From Candidatus Pacearchaeota archaeon (GTDB taxonomy: Archaea > Nanobdellota > Nanobdellia > Pacearchaeales > JAPDKA01): DNA of 64,000 nucleotides. A model generated the notes under the pieces. The model saw nothing but the letters and a program-made list of their open reading frames with translations. It was not told where the DNA came from and did no database searches. The stretch spans positions 774-64,773 of the forward strand of contig JAWBVE010000004.1 in NCBI GenBank assembly GCA_038840695.1. Reading direction: 5' to 3'. The translations under genes were made by a program, and so were the position numbers. The first letter of the stretch is position 1. Each line of letters begins with the position of its first letter. Of the stretch, positions 55,408 to 64,000 are shown piece after piece.

Positions 55408-57045
55408 ATGGAAATACTTGAATTTATAAAAAAAACTGCAAGTGCTTTTTCTAAAGCAATAGAAAGCAATAAGCAAATAGCTCTTTTTTGCCATTATGAT
55501 GCAGATGGCCTAAGCTCAGTAGCTCTTTTCGCTAAAGTGCTCAAAGCCTTAAACAAAAAATTTTTTATTAGAGTTTTAAATAGCTTAGATGAATCAATTG
55601 TCAAAGAAATAAAACAAGAAAGCAAAAATTTTTCAGCAGCAGTCTTTCTTGATCTGGCTTCTAATGCCGATTTTTCAGGATTTGAGTGTGATGTGTTTGT
55701 TATTGATCATCATATAATAAGGAAGCAAAGTCAAGAAGAAAGCCAAGAACAAGAAGAGCAAGAGAGGCAAGATTGGCAAGACGTGCAAGATTGGCAAGAT
55801 GGAAAAGATGTGCAAGTGCAAGAGGAGGAACGAGAGGGGCAGCCAGGAGCAAAGCAAGAGCAAGATTGGCAAGAGCAAGAAAGTCAAGAGCAGAGAAAAA
55901 GAGTGCATTTAATTAATTACAGGCTATTTCAAGATAGCGAGGATTATGAAACAAGCGCGAGCATTTTGAGTTATTTTTTTGTTTCAAGCTTGGATTTTGT
56001 GCATAAAAGCCATAGCCATAAAAGCCTTGAGCTAAAGCAACTTAAGCCAATAGCTCTTATTGGGCTTATTGGTGATGGCCTTGATAGGAGGCTCAGTAAG
56101 CTTAGTAGCTTTTTTTTAAAAAAAGCAAGAGAAAGCGGGGCAATTGATATTAAAAAAGGAATTAGCATTTTTTCATATTCGAGGCCAATTCATAGAGCTA
56201 TTGAATTTAGCTCAATATACATTCCGGGAATAACTGGTAATAGCGAAGCTGTGGTAGAATTTCTTAGAAGTTTAGGCATTGAATTAAAAGAGGGCAATAA
56301 ATATAGAACATTTGCTGATTTAAGCAAAGAAGAGATTTCAAGGTTAATAACTGCCATTGCCACTTTAAGAGCTTATGAAAACAAAGGGATTGATTTTATA
56401 GGAAATGTTTACTTGGCTAGATTTTTTGATACAGTAGAAGATGCAAAAGAAATAACAACAGCAATAAATGCATGTGGCAGACTTGGCAAAGGCTATTTGC
56501 CTCTTGCCTACTTGCTTGGGAACAAAAGGGCTCAAGAGCTTATAGAAAAAACATATGCTGAATACAAGTTTGAAATAATGAAAGCATTTGAATATATAAA
56601 TGAAATACAGCAAAATGAAACAAATCAGGAAAATGAGATAAATGAAAAAGGTGAAATGAATGAGAGAAATCAAATTATTAAAAATCGAATTATCAAAGGA
56701 GATAATTGGATAATCATAGACGGGCATGATAAAATAAAGGATAGCATAATAGGTGTTATCTGCTCAATGATTGCTAACTCTGGCATTTATAAAGATGGCT
56801 CTGTAATAGTTGGGTTAGCAGATAGGCACGATGGAGATGAAGTTAAAACCAAGGTTAGCATAAGAACTGTCAATAGCCCAAAAGCTCTTGCTTTATTGAA
56901 TAAAGTGGCTCAAGTTGTGAATATTAGTGAGATGGGAGGCCATGAGATGGCCGCCGGAGCATGGCTTGATATTAGGCAAAAAGGAGCATTTTTAAAATGT
57001 ATAGAAAAAATTTTGCAAGAAGAAAGCGTGACAATAAAAATTTAA
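55408..57045 (+). CDS. recJ: RecJ/GAN (Cdc45-like) DHH-family phosphoesterase with low-complexity Q/E/W insertion
   Basis: DHH motif I CHYDADGLSS. Motif III VFVIDHH. DHHA1 block MGGHEMAAGAW. The insertion (QDWQDVQDWQDGKDVQ...) lies at nt ~55725-55900. rps15-recJ adjacency is the conserved archaeal arrangement. Confidence 0.75.
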   Translation: MEILEFIKKTASAFSKAIESNKQIALFCHYDADGLSSVALFAKVLKALNKKFFIRVLNSLDESIVKEIKQESKNFSAAVFLDLASNADFSGFECDVFVIDHHIIRKQSQEESQEQEEQERQDWQDVQDWQDGKDVQVQEEEREGQPGAKQEQDWQEQESQEQRKRVHLINYRLFQDSEDYETSASILSYFFVSSLDFVHKSHSHKSLELKQLKPIALIGLIGDGLDRRLSKLSSFFLKKARESGAIDIKKGISIFSYSRPIHRAIEFSSIYIPGITGNSEAVVEFLRSLGIELKEGNKYRTFADLSKEEISRLITAIATLRAYENKGIDFIGNVYLARFFDTVEDAKEITTAINACGRLGKGYLPLAYLLGNKRAQELIEKTYAEYKFEIMKAFEYINEIQQNETNQENEINEKGEMNERNQIIKNRIIKGDNWIIIDGHDKIKDSIIGVICSMIANSGIYKDGSVIVGLADRHDGDEVKTKVSIRTVNSPKALALLNKVAQVVNISEMGGHEMAAGAWLDIRQKGAFLKCIEKILQEESVTIKI

Positions 57046-57093
57046 GCAAAAATTTAAGCAAACTTAAGCAAAAACTTTAAAAAGAAAGAGAAT

Positions 57094-57130
57094 AAAAATT
57101 ATCATAAAGAGTAAAAATTATCATAAAGAG
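57094..57130 (+). repeat. 18-nt tandem duplication (aaaaattatcataaagag x2) immediately upstream of psmA
   Basis: Two perfect copies separated by 1 nt. The second copy ends 7 nt before the psmA ATG (57138). Confidence 0.7.
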
Positions 57131-57137
57131 AAGAAAA

Positions 57138-57866
57138 ATGACAGATGGTGACTTTCAAAGTCAGTTGATGGGATATGATAGAGCGAGTACACTCTTCAGT
57201 CCAGAAGGACGTATCTTTCAAGTAGAGTATGCAGAAAAGACAGTTAGGCTTGGTGCAGATAGTATGGGCTTTGTTTGTAAGGACGGAGTTTTACTTATGG
57301 CTGATAAGAGAATGCTTGATAGCTTGATGGTTGGAAAAAGTATTTTTAAGATTTATGAAATAGACAACCATATCATAGCAAGTGCAGCCGGAATTTTGAG
57401 CGATGCGAGAGTATTGATTGAAAGGGCTCAGCTTTATGCACAACAGCATAGAGTAACTTTCGATGATGATGTTGAGATAGAGGCAGTTGTTAGGGATATA
57501 TGTAATATAAAGCAGGCATTTACTCAATATGGTGGTGTAAGGCCTTTTGGCGTTCAAATTATGCTTGCTGGAATAAATATTGATGGCTCAAAAAGACTTT
57601 ATGTTACTGATGTGACCGGAAACTATAATGCATATTATGCTTTTGCAATTGGTGAGCATGATGAAAAAATCAAGGAAATTTTGCGTAAAGAGTATCGAGA
57701 AAGTACAATTAATGAAACAATAAAATTTGGCTTGAAGATATTTAAAAAAATTCTTGGCAAAGATTTTAATTATGAGAGGATTGATGTGATGTATGTTAGG
57801 GATAAGGACAGAAAGGCTGTAAAATTAGATCCTGAAGATATCAAAAAGCTTGATAAAGAAAAATAA
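57138..57866 (+). CDS. psmA: proteasome subunit alpha
   Basis: YDRASTLFSPEGRIFQVEYAEKTV is the canonical alpha-subunit N-terminal signature. 242 aa. Confidence 0.9.
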   Translation: MTDGDFQSQLMGYDRASTLFSPEGRIFQVEYAEKTVRLGADSMGFVCKDGVLLMADKRMLDSLMVGKSIFKIYEIDNHIIASAAGILSDARVLIERAQLYAQQHRVTFDDDVEIEAVVRDICNIKQAFTQYGGVRPFGVQIMLAGINIDGSKRLYVTDVTGNYNAYYAFAIGEHDEKIKEILRKEYRESTINETIKFGLKIFKKILGKDFNYERIDVMYVRDKDRKAVKLDPEDIKKLDKEK

Positions 57867-57869
57867 GCA

Positions 57870-58622
57870 ATGGAACATCCAAAAAGGCTTGAGGCGAATA
57901 TAGCTAGAATAAAAAAACTTGGCAAAGATTTTGAAATTATTCTTGATGATGTTGAAGAAGCTTTGAGGCTGAGAGAAAAGTTGAGGCAGTCTAGGAAGCA
58001 AGGCAAAAAAGTTGAGGAGACAGAGATTATTGACAGCATACAGAAAATTTGTCCGGTAAATACAATCTTTCTTGATGAAAAAAAAGGCTTGAAGCCGACA
58101 GAAGCTCAACTTAATGAGGCTTTTGGCACGACTGATTTTTTTACAATAGCTGCAGAAATAATTGAGAGCGGTGATATTGTGTTGCCGCTTGAATTAAGAA
58201 AAAAGTTGAGAGAGCAAAAATTTAGACAGATTGTTGATTTCATAGCAAGAAATGCTATCGATCCAAGGACAAAGACTTTGCATCCTCCAGAGCGTGTCGA
58301 GGCAGCCCTTAAGCAGATTGGAGCTAAAATTGATGAGATGAAAAGCATAGACGAGCAAATACAACAAATTGTAAATGACTTGTCAAAAGTGCTGCCAATA
58401 AAACTTGAAACAAGAAAGCTAGAAGTGATTGTGCCAGCAGCATTCACTGCTAAGGCCTATGGGTTAATCACAAAATATAACAGGCAGCAAGAGGAGTGGC
58501 TAGATGATGGAAGCTTGAAAGTTATCATAGCTTTGCCAAGTGCGCTTCAGCCAGAATTTTTCGATAAGCTTAATAAAGCCACTAACGGCACAGCACTAAC
58601 AAAAGATCTCGGCGAAGCTTGA
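57870..58622 (+). CDS. sdo1: ribosome maturation protein SBDS/Sdo1 homolog
   Basis: FYSH-domain blocks KLGKDFEIILDDVEEALRL and LNEAFGTTDFFTIAAEIIESGDIVLP. Starts 3 nt after psmA, matching the conserved psmA/SBDS/exosome operon. Confidence 0.7.
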   Translation: MEHPKRLEANIARIKKLGKDFEIILDDVEEALRLREKLRQSRKQGKKVEETEIIDSIQKICPVNTIFLDEKKGLKPTEAQLNEAFGTTDFFTIAAEIIESGDIVLPLELRKKLREQKFRQIVDFIARNAIDPRTKTLHPPERVEAALKQIGAKIDEMKSIDEQIQQIVNDLSKVLPIKLETRKLEVIVPAAFTAKAYGLITKYNRQQEEWLDDGSLKVIIALPSALQPEFFDKLNKATNGTALTKDLGEA

Positions 58623-58791
58623 TTGCTTTTTTGCTTTTTGGCTAGAGCTTGTAACATATAAAGTAAAACAAAAAGTTTTAAATAAAAATGACTTATTCTG
58701 CAAAACTAAAAAATAAACAAAAAAAATAAAAACTAAAAAAACCAAAATAAAAACCAAAATAAAAACTAAAAATAAAAACTGGAAATAAAAA

Positions 58792-59214
58792 ATGGTAAGG
58801 GATATATTTGATGAGATATTTGAGAAGATGGCAAGACTTAGGAGAGAGCTTGAGTTAGGCTTTGAGAGATTTGAGAAAGAAATGCGAGTGCCAATGTTAG
58901 ATTTGCGAGAAACGGAGAATGAACTTATTGCGTCTATAGAAATGCCTGGAATTGACAAAAAAGATATAGAGCTAATACTTACAGAAGACAGCCTTGAAGT
59001 TAAGGCTGAAAAAAAGAAAGAGGCAAAGGTGGAGAAAGAAGGCTATATCAAGGCAGAAAGAGCTTATAAGGGCTTTCATAGGTTTATAAGTCTTCCAGTA
59101 AAAATTATTCCAGAGCAGGCAAGCGCAAGCTACAAAGATGGCATTCTCGAAGTCAGAATGCCAAAGGCAGAGAAGAAAAAAGTTAAGAAAGGACTAAAAG
59201 TAGAAATAAAGTAG
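58792..59214 (+). CDS. hsp20: small heat shock protein, Hsp20/alpha-crystallin family
   Basis: Alpha-crystallin domain LDLRETENELIASIEMPGIDKKDIELILTEDSLEVKAE...YKGFHRFISLP...ASYKDGILEVRMPK. Confidence 0.8.
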   Translation: MVRDIFDEIFEKMARLRRELELGFERFEKEMRVPMLDLRETENELIASIEMPGIDKKDIELILTEDSLEVKAEKKKEAKVEKEGYIKAERAYKGFHRFISLPVKIIPEQASASYKDGILEVRMPKAEKKKVKKGLKVEIK

Positions 59215-59372
59215 ATCAAGTGAAAGAAGAGGAAAAAGAGGTCCAATATAGCTTCGCATACCTTCTTTTGTTTCCTAAAAGAATAGAAAAGAATAGATTT
59301 GCAAAGATTTAAAAATACCAATTTTCTATTTAAAAAGAAAAGAAAAAGAAAAAATTAATTTATTATTAAAAG

Positions 59373-60269
59373 ATGAATGAAGCTATTAAAGAAAAAAAGG
59401 AGAAAGTTCTAAAGCAAGTTAAAAAAAGTGAAGCCGCCGAAGCCACCGAAGCCACAGAAGCTAGCGAGCTTAAAAAAGTCGAGCTAGAACATAAGGAAAG
59501 AAAGCTTGTTGTGCCTGGCGAAGTTGTGGCTAGTGGCTATGAGTATTTGGCAGGAGAGGGCTGTGCACGAGAGGAAAGAGATATAGTTGCTATTAAATTC
59601 GGGATTTTGAGTAGAGAAGGAAATTTATTTAAAGTTATACCTATAGGAGGTGTTTATTTGCCTCGCGTGGGGAATGTAGTTATAGGGCAGATCATTGATG
59701 TTACTTTTAATGGCTGGTTTGTTGATATATATGCTCCTTATCAGGCATTCTTGCCAGTCACAGAAGTAATGAGTAAAGCAACAAGTAAATGGGATAGTGA
59801 AAATTTCATTAACTATTATGATATTGGCGATATAATAATAACAAAAGTTAAAGCAGTTCAACCGAGGAGTGTAACCTTAACGATGCATGATCGTGGGCTA
59901 ACTAAAATAACTTCTGGCCTACTTGTTAAAATTGGGCCTTCGAGAGTAGCTAGAATAATTGGAAAGCAAGGAAGTATGGTTAATGTTATTAAAGATATAA
60001 CCAAGACAAAAATAATTGTTGGCCAGAATGGCATAGTTTGGGTAAAAGGCGAGAATGCCGAATCAGAACTTCTTGCTAAGGAAGCTATCGAGCTTGTTGC
60101 AGAAAATCCCTTACTTGATGGCTTGACAGAAAAAGTTAAAAAACTCTTAGAAGAAAAGATGAAAAAAGTTGAGGAAGGGAGCAAGAAAGAAAGGAAAGAA
60201 AAAATGGAAGAAAAAGAAAGAAAAGAAGAAAGAAAAGAAGAAAAAATGGAAGAAAAGAAGAAAAGTTAA
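59373..60269 (+). CDS. rrp4: exosome complex RNA-binding subunit Rrp4 (S1 + KH)
   Basis: The N-terminal VVPGEVVA is present. S1 domain GNVVIGQIIDVTFNGWFVDI. KH domain RIIGKQGSMVNVIKDITKTKIIVGQNGIVWVKG. K/E-rich C-terminal tail. Confidence 0.8.
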   Translation: MNEAIKEKKEKVLKQVKKSEAAEATEATEASELKKVELEHKERKLVVPGEVVASGYEYLAGEGCAREERDIVAIKFGILSREGNLFKVIPIGGVYLPRVGNVVIGQIIDVTFNGWFVDIYAPYQAFLPVTEVMSKATSKWDSENFINYYDIGDIIITKVKAVQPRSVTLTMHDRGLTKITSGLLVKIGPSRVARIIGKQGSMVNVIKDITKTKIIVGQNGIVWVKGENAESELLAKEAIELVAENPLLDGLTEKVKKLLEEKMKKVEEGSKKERKEKMEEKERKEERKEEKMEEKKKS

Positions 60270-60292
60270 GAAAAAAGTGAAAAAAAGTTAAG

Positions 60293-61006
60293 ATGGCATA
60301 CACAAAGCGGTTTGATGGTAGAGCATTTGATGAAGTAAGACCAATTAGAGCAGAAGTCGGAATTATAGAGAATGCTGATGGCTCTGCTCTATTTGCTTTC
60401 GGCGATACTGTAGCCATAGCAGCTGTCTATGGCCCAAGACAGCTTTATCCACAGCATTTACAAAATCCAGAAAAAGCTTTACTTAGAGCTTATTATGATA
60501 TGCTCTCTTTTTCTGTTAAGGAAAGAAAAAAGCCGGGCCCTTCGAGGAGAAGTGCTGAAATAAGCCATGTCACAACACAGGCACTTGCACCAGTTTTACT
60601 TTTAAATAAATTTCAAAATTGTGTTATCGATGTTTATATACAGATTGTCCAAGCCAATGCCTCAACTAGAACAGCAGGAATAAATGCAGCAAGTCTTGCC
60701 TTGGCTCATGCAGGAATTCCTATGAAAGACCTTGTATGTAGTGTTTCTGCCGGCAAGATTGGAAATGCCATAGTTGTTGATTTAACAAAGGAGGAAGAGG
60801 ATTATAAAGAAAATAATGTTAAGGAAGCAACAGATATTGCTCTTGCCTTTGAAGCTAAAAGCAAAGACATATGCTTGCTACAGCTTGATGGAAAAATAAG
60901 CCCGGCAGATCTTTTTAAGGCAATAGAACTTGCAAGAAAAGCAAGCAGTAAGGTTTATGAAGCTCAAGTAAAAGCATTAAAAGGAATAAAAGCAAAATGG
61001 ATTTAA
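60293..61006 (+). CDS. rrp41: exosome complex exonuclease Rrp41 (RNase PH fold)
   Basis: RPIRAEVGIIENADGSALFAFGDTVAIAAVYGP... is the RNase PH domain 1 signature. 237 aa. Confidence 0.85.
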   Translation: MAYTKRFDGRAFDEVRPIRAEVGIIENADGSALFAFGDTVAIAAVYGPRQLYPQHLQNPEKALLRAYYDMLSFSVKERKKPGPSRRSAEISHVTTQALAPVLLLNKFQNCVIDVYIQIVQANASTRTAGINAASLALAHAGIPMKDLVCSVSAGKIGNAIVVDLTKEEEDYKENNVKEATDIALAFEAKSKDICLLQLDGKISPADLFKAIELARKASSKVYEAQVKALKGIKAKWI

Positions 61007-61027
61007 AATTTCAAAAAGGATTGAAAA

Positions 61028-61831
61028 ATGGAAACGTCTAAAGTAATGCGTGCCACTTTAGTAGGGCTTTTAAAGAAAGGGAAGAGGTTAGATGAAAGAA
61101 AGCTCGACGAATATAGAAAAATTCAGGTAAGGTCGGGGATAAGTAATAATGCTGAGGGAAGTGCTGAAGTGAGGCTTGGCAAAACTATTGTGTATGTAGG
61201 AGTAAAAATTGACATAGGCGAGCCTTTCCGTGATGCCCCTGATGAAGGTATACTTGTTGTTAATGCAGAACTTTTGCCTCTATCTTATCCTGGCTTTGAG
61301 CCTGGTCCACCAGGTATTGATGCTATTGAACTTGCAAGGATTGTTGATAGAGGCATTAGAGAGAGTGAGTTCATAAAGTTAAAAGAGCTTTGCATTGAGC
61401 CAGGAAAAAAAGTTTATTCTGTCTTTATTGATATTTATCCTATAAACTATGATGGCAATCTTGTTGATGCAAGTTTTTTAGCTAGTATTATTGCTTTAAG
61501 ACAAGCCTTCTTGCCAAAACTTGAGAAGCAAGGAGAGGATTGGCAGATAGTTTACGGCGAGAAAACAAATAAAAAACTTCCTTTAAATTCAAAAATACCA
61601 TTGATGGTGACTGTTTATAAGATGGAAGACGTACTTTTTCTTGATCCAAATCTTACAGAGGAAAAGGCCTGTGATGCAAAAATAAGCCTTGGGTTTACTG
61701 AAGATAAAAAAGAGCTAATCATACATGCAATGCAAAAGCTCGGAGAAGATAAATTAAAACAAGCCCAATTACAAGCCATAATCGAACTTGCAAAAAAAGG
61801 TGCAGAACAAATAAAAAAATTTTTAATTTGA
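61028..61831 (+). CDS. rrp42: exosome complex subunit Rrp42 (RNase PH-like, inactive)
   Basis: NAEGSAEVRLGKTIVYVGVK...DEGILVVNAELLPLSYPGFEPGPPG. Follows rrp41 by 21 nt. Confidence 0.8.
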   Translation: METSKVMRATLVGLLKKGKRLDERKLDEYRKIQVRSGISNNAEGSAEVRLGKTIVYVGVKIDIGEPFRDAPDEGILVVNAELLPLSYPGFEPGPPGIDAIELARIVDRGIRESEFIKLKELCIEPGKKVYSVFIDIYPINYDGNLVDASFLASIIALRQAFLPKLEKQGEDWQIVYGEKTNKKLPLNSKIPLMVTVYKMEDVLFLDPNLTEEKACDAKISLGFTEDKKELIIHAMQKLGEDKLKQAQLQAIIELAKKGAEQIKKFLI

Positions 61832-61849
61832 AAAGATTGATAGGTTAGC

Positions 61850-62278
61850 ATGGCTGAAAAGGCAAAAGCTGGGAGAGAAGAGAGAGGCAAGAGCGAAGAG
61901 AGCTATACGAGATATGAAATAGCGCGAATAATTGCTGCTCGAGCATTACAACTTAGCATGAATGCTCCAATTCTTTTAAAGCTCTCAAAAGAGCAATTAG
62001 AAAGCTTGGCTTATAATCCTATTAAGATAGCCGAACTTGAATTTAAGGAAGGAGTATTGCCTATTACTGTGAAGAGGCCAAGGCCGAGACCACTATTATT
62101 AGTACCTTACGAAGAAGAACTGCCAGAAAAAATTGTAGAGGCTGGAACAGAAGAAGAGAAAGAAAAAGAGAAAGAAGAAGTAGTCGCAGAAACAATAGAA
62201 AGTGAGCTCGAGCCTGTTGAGATTGAGGAAAAAGAGGTTATTGAAGAGGAAGAAGAAAAAGAGGGCTTTGAGGAATAA
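61850..62278 (+). CDS. rpoK: DNA-directed RNA polymerase subunit K (Rpo6/RpoK) with acidic C-terminal extension
   Basis: YTRYEIARIIAARALQLSMNAPILL...NPIKIAELEFKEGVLPITVKR matches the RpoK/Rpb6 core. rpoK-eno adjacency is conserved in archaea. Confidence 0.8.
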   Translation: MAEKAKAGREERGKSEESYTRYEIARIIAARALQLSMNAPILLKLSKEQLESLAYNPIKIAELEFKEGVLPITVKRPRPRPLLLVPYEEELPEKIVEAGTEEEKEKEKEEVVAETIESELEPVEIEEKEVIEEEEEKEGFEE

Positions 62279-62337
62279 AGCGCGATGGGTATAAGGCTGG
62301 TAGGCGAAGTAAGGCGGCTTGTTAAAAGCTTATATTT

Positions 62338-63636
62338 ATGAAATTGAGTCAAATAAAAGCTTCAAAGGTTTATGATTCGAGAGGAAAAGCTACGATAGAA
62401 GTTACCATAAACTTTAATAGTACTAGCGTGAGTGCAAGTGCGCCTAATGGCACTTCTCGAGGGAAAAAAGAGGTTATCGATTTCTCTAGGAAAGGCGTAG
62501 ATTATAGCATAGAGTTAGTGAATAAAGTTGGGGCCGAGATATTGAGTAAGGGGCTTAAGTTTGAGAGCTTCGAAGATTTGGCAAAGATAGAGGAAATTAT
62601 TAGGAAATATGATAGCAGTTCTGATTATCGGATTTTCGGCGGGAATGCAGTTTATGCTCTCGAGGCAGCTATGCTAAAAGCTATTGCAAAAGCCAATGAG
62701 CTAGAGACATGGCAATTGCTTGAAAGCAGGGCAAAAGCAAAGCCAAAAATGCCCTTACCTCTTGGCAATTGCATTGGAGGAGGAAAGCACATTAAGGAAA
62801 GCGAAAAGCCAGAATTTCAGGAATTTTTGCTTACACCAAGAACAAAAAAATTTTTTGAGGCAGTTTTTATTAATCGAGAGGCTTATAAAAGGGCAAAAGA
62901 GTTTTTGCAAAAAAAAGGAAAGTTGACTGGCTTGACTATTGAAAATGCTCTTTTTGGGCCTTTTAGCAATGAAGAAGCCCTCTCTATTCTTGAAGAAGTT
63001 AGGGAAAGCATAAAAGAAAGCTTTGGCATAAAGCTAGAGCTTGGCGTAGACATAGCGGCTACAAGCTTTTATAGCAAAAGCAAAAATGCATATTATTACT
63101 CAAAGCCTGCCAGGCCTGCCCAGCCAGCCCAGCCAGTCCAGCCAGTTGAGCTCACCAAGCCTGCTAAGTCTATCAGGCCAGCCATTCTTTCAGCATCGGC
63201 CCAGCTTGACTATATAAGTGAATTAATAAAAAAGCATGGCTTATTTTATGTTGAAGATCCTTTCCATGAAGATGACTTTAAAAGTTTTTCAAAGCTATCG
63301 GCACTTACAAAATGCCTAATTGTAGGGGATGACTTGACTTGCACTAATGCAGAAATTATAAAGAAGGCAATAGCATGCAAGGCTATAAAGGGAGTAATAA
63401 TAAAGCCAAATCAGGCAGGAAGCTTGATTGCAACAAAGCAGGCTTTTGATCTTGCAAGGCGCGCAGGCCTAAAAACGATAATAAGCCATCGAAGCGGCGA
63501 AACAGAGGATGATTTCATAGCAGATCTTGCAGTTGGCTGGCAGGCAGATTTTATTAAGGCAGGCATAATTGGCAAAGAGAGAGAAGCAAAGCTCAAGAGA
63601 GTTGTTGCTATAGAAAAATCTCTGACTGGAGAGTGA
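62338..63636 (+). CDS. eno: enolase (divergent, with Pro-rich low-complexity loop)
   Basis: The N-terminus KVYDSRGKATIEV...APNGTSRGKKEV is present. GGGKHIKE...FQEFLLTP matches the GG.H..FQEF block. VIIKPNQAGSL carries the catalytic Lys. SHRSGETEDDFIADLAVG is present. A loop is replaced by PARPAQPAQPVQPVEL. Confidence 0.85.
   Translation: MKLSQIKASKVYDSRGKATIEVTINFNSTSVSASAPNGTSRGKKEVIDFSRKGVDYSIELVNKVGAEILSKGLKFESFEDLAKIEEIIRKYDSSSDYRIFGGNAVYALEAAMLKAIAKANELETWQLLESRAKAKPKMPLPLGNCIGGGKHIKESEKPEFQEFLLTPRTKKFFEAVFINREAYKRAKEFLQKKGKLTGLTIENALFGPFSNEEALSILEEVRESIKESFGIKLELGVDIAATSFYSKSKNAYYYSKPARPAQPAQPVQPVELTKPAKSIRPAILSASAQLDYISELIKKHGLFYVEDPFHEDDFKSFSKLSALTKCLIVGDDLTCTNAEIIKKAIACKAIKGVIIKPNQAGSLIATKQAFDLARRAGLKTIISHRSGETEDDFIADLAVGWQADFIKAGIIGKEREAKLKRVVAIEKSLTGE
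63118..63144 (+). repeat. 9-nt tandem repeat (gcccagcca x2 + gtccagcca) inside eno
   Basis: Direct tandem copies encode PAQPAQPVQP within the enolase coding frame. Confidence 0.8.
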
Positions 63637-63740
63637 GAAAGTAATCCGGCCAGAGCAAGGCTCTTATGGTTTTATGTTTTCCCAAGCTAATTCGCTATTT
63701 TGACTCAATAAATTTTTAAAATACCTTTCAATTTTTTATT

Positions 63741-64000
63741 ATGTTTGAATTTTTAATCAACCCGAAAAAAGCTGAAAAGAGGCCGTGGGAAATGTTTTTT
63801 ATAGGCCTACTCTATAGTGCAATTGCTCTAGGCCTTGTTGATCTTGTCTTTATAAAAAATCCTGTCTTCAAGAACTATGCAAGCATGATGATAATCCTAT
63901 TTACAGTAATGCTTTGTATTCCTTTTGTTTTTTATCTTTTTGCTTACGAAGAAAGAGAAGATCTTACTTTAAAAAAAGAAAGAGAAATTTTAAAAGAGCA
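63741..64000 (+). CDS. partial CDS (5' part) of a membrane protein, runs off window end
   Basis: ATG at 63741 with an open frame to position 64000. Two hydrophobic segments (FFIGLLYSAIALGLVDLVFI, MMIILFTVMLCIPFVFYLFA). Confidence 0.35.
   Translation, partial: MFEFLINPKKAEKRPWEMFFIGLLYSAIALGLVDLVFIKNPVFKNYASMMIILFTVMLCIPFVFYLFAYEEREDLTLKKEREILKE

Overview
This window is an AT-rich, gene-dense archaeal chromosome segment. Low-complexity K/E-rich tails and A-rich sense-strand leaders recur throughout. The organism looks like a small-genome, DPANN-like archaeon; that is inference from gene content. The archaeal core is well supported by motifs: family B DNA polymerase, FEN-1, Y-family polymerase, RadA, an RPA-like protein, archaeal-type GlyRS, HisRS, MetAP2, Nop2/Sun plus a Nip7-like PUA protein, Trm5/Tyw2-like MTase, TtuA, Nth, NDK, Bud32, rubrerythrin and Sec61beta. 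A conserved block rps15 - recJ/GAN-like DHH - psmA - SBDS - (hsp20) - rrp4 - rrp41 - rrp42 - rpoK - eno is also present. Four tRNAs were folded by hand: Thr-CGU, Arg-GCG (minus strand), Ala-GGC with G3:U70, and Gln-UUG. Accessory and surface content is extensive. (1) Two giant secreted Cys-rich proteins sit at the 5' end, one with a Gly-rich beta-helix-like repeat and one with a tandem CC-G-C module array. (2) Two four-gene clusters of pilin-like proteins carry class-III-type leaders. (3) A secreted murein-hydrolase pair (SLT-LysM lytic transglycosylase + M23 peptidase) lies next to a HerA/FtsK-class ATPase and a PAP2 phosphatase. This is unexpected for an archaeon and is the best candidate for a host-interaction system. 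(4) A GGDEF-family cyclase with a KGDEF motif is translationally coupled to an acidic protein. (5) A DsbA-like protein and a VKOR-like protein are consistent with extracytoplasmic disulfide formation. (6) A 1189-aa membrane-anchored S8 protease begins 6 nt after tRNA-Gln. (7) A GC-rich structured noncoding island sits next to secG. No CRISPR array, transposase or integrase was seen. Several ORF-track starts are TTG/GTG artefacts and were moved to internal ATGs.
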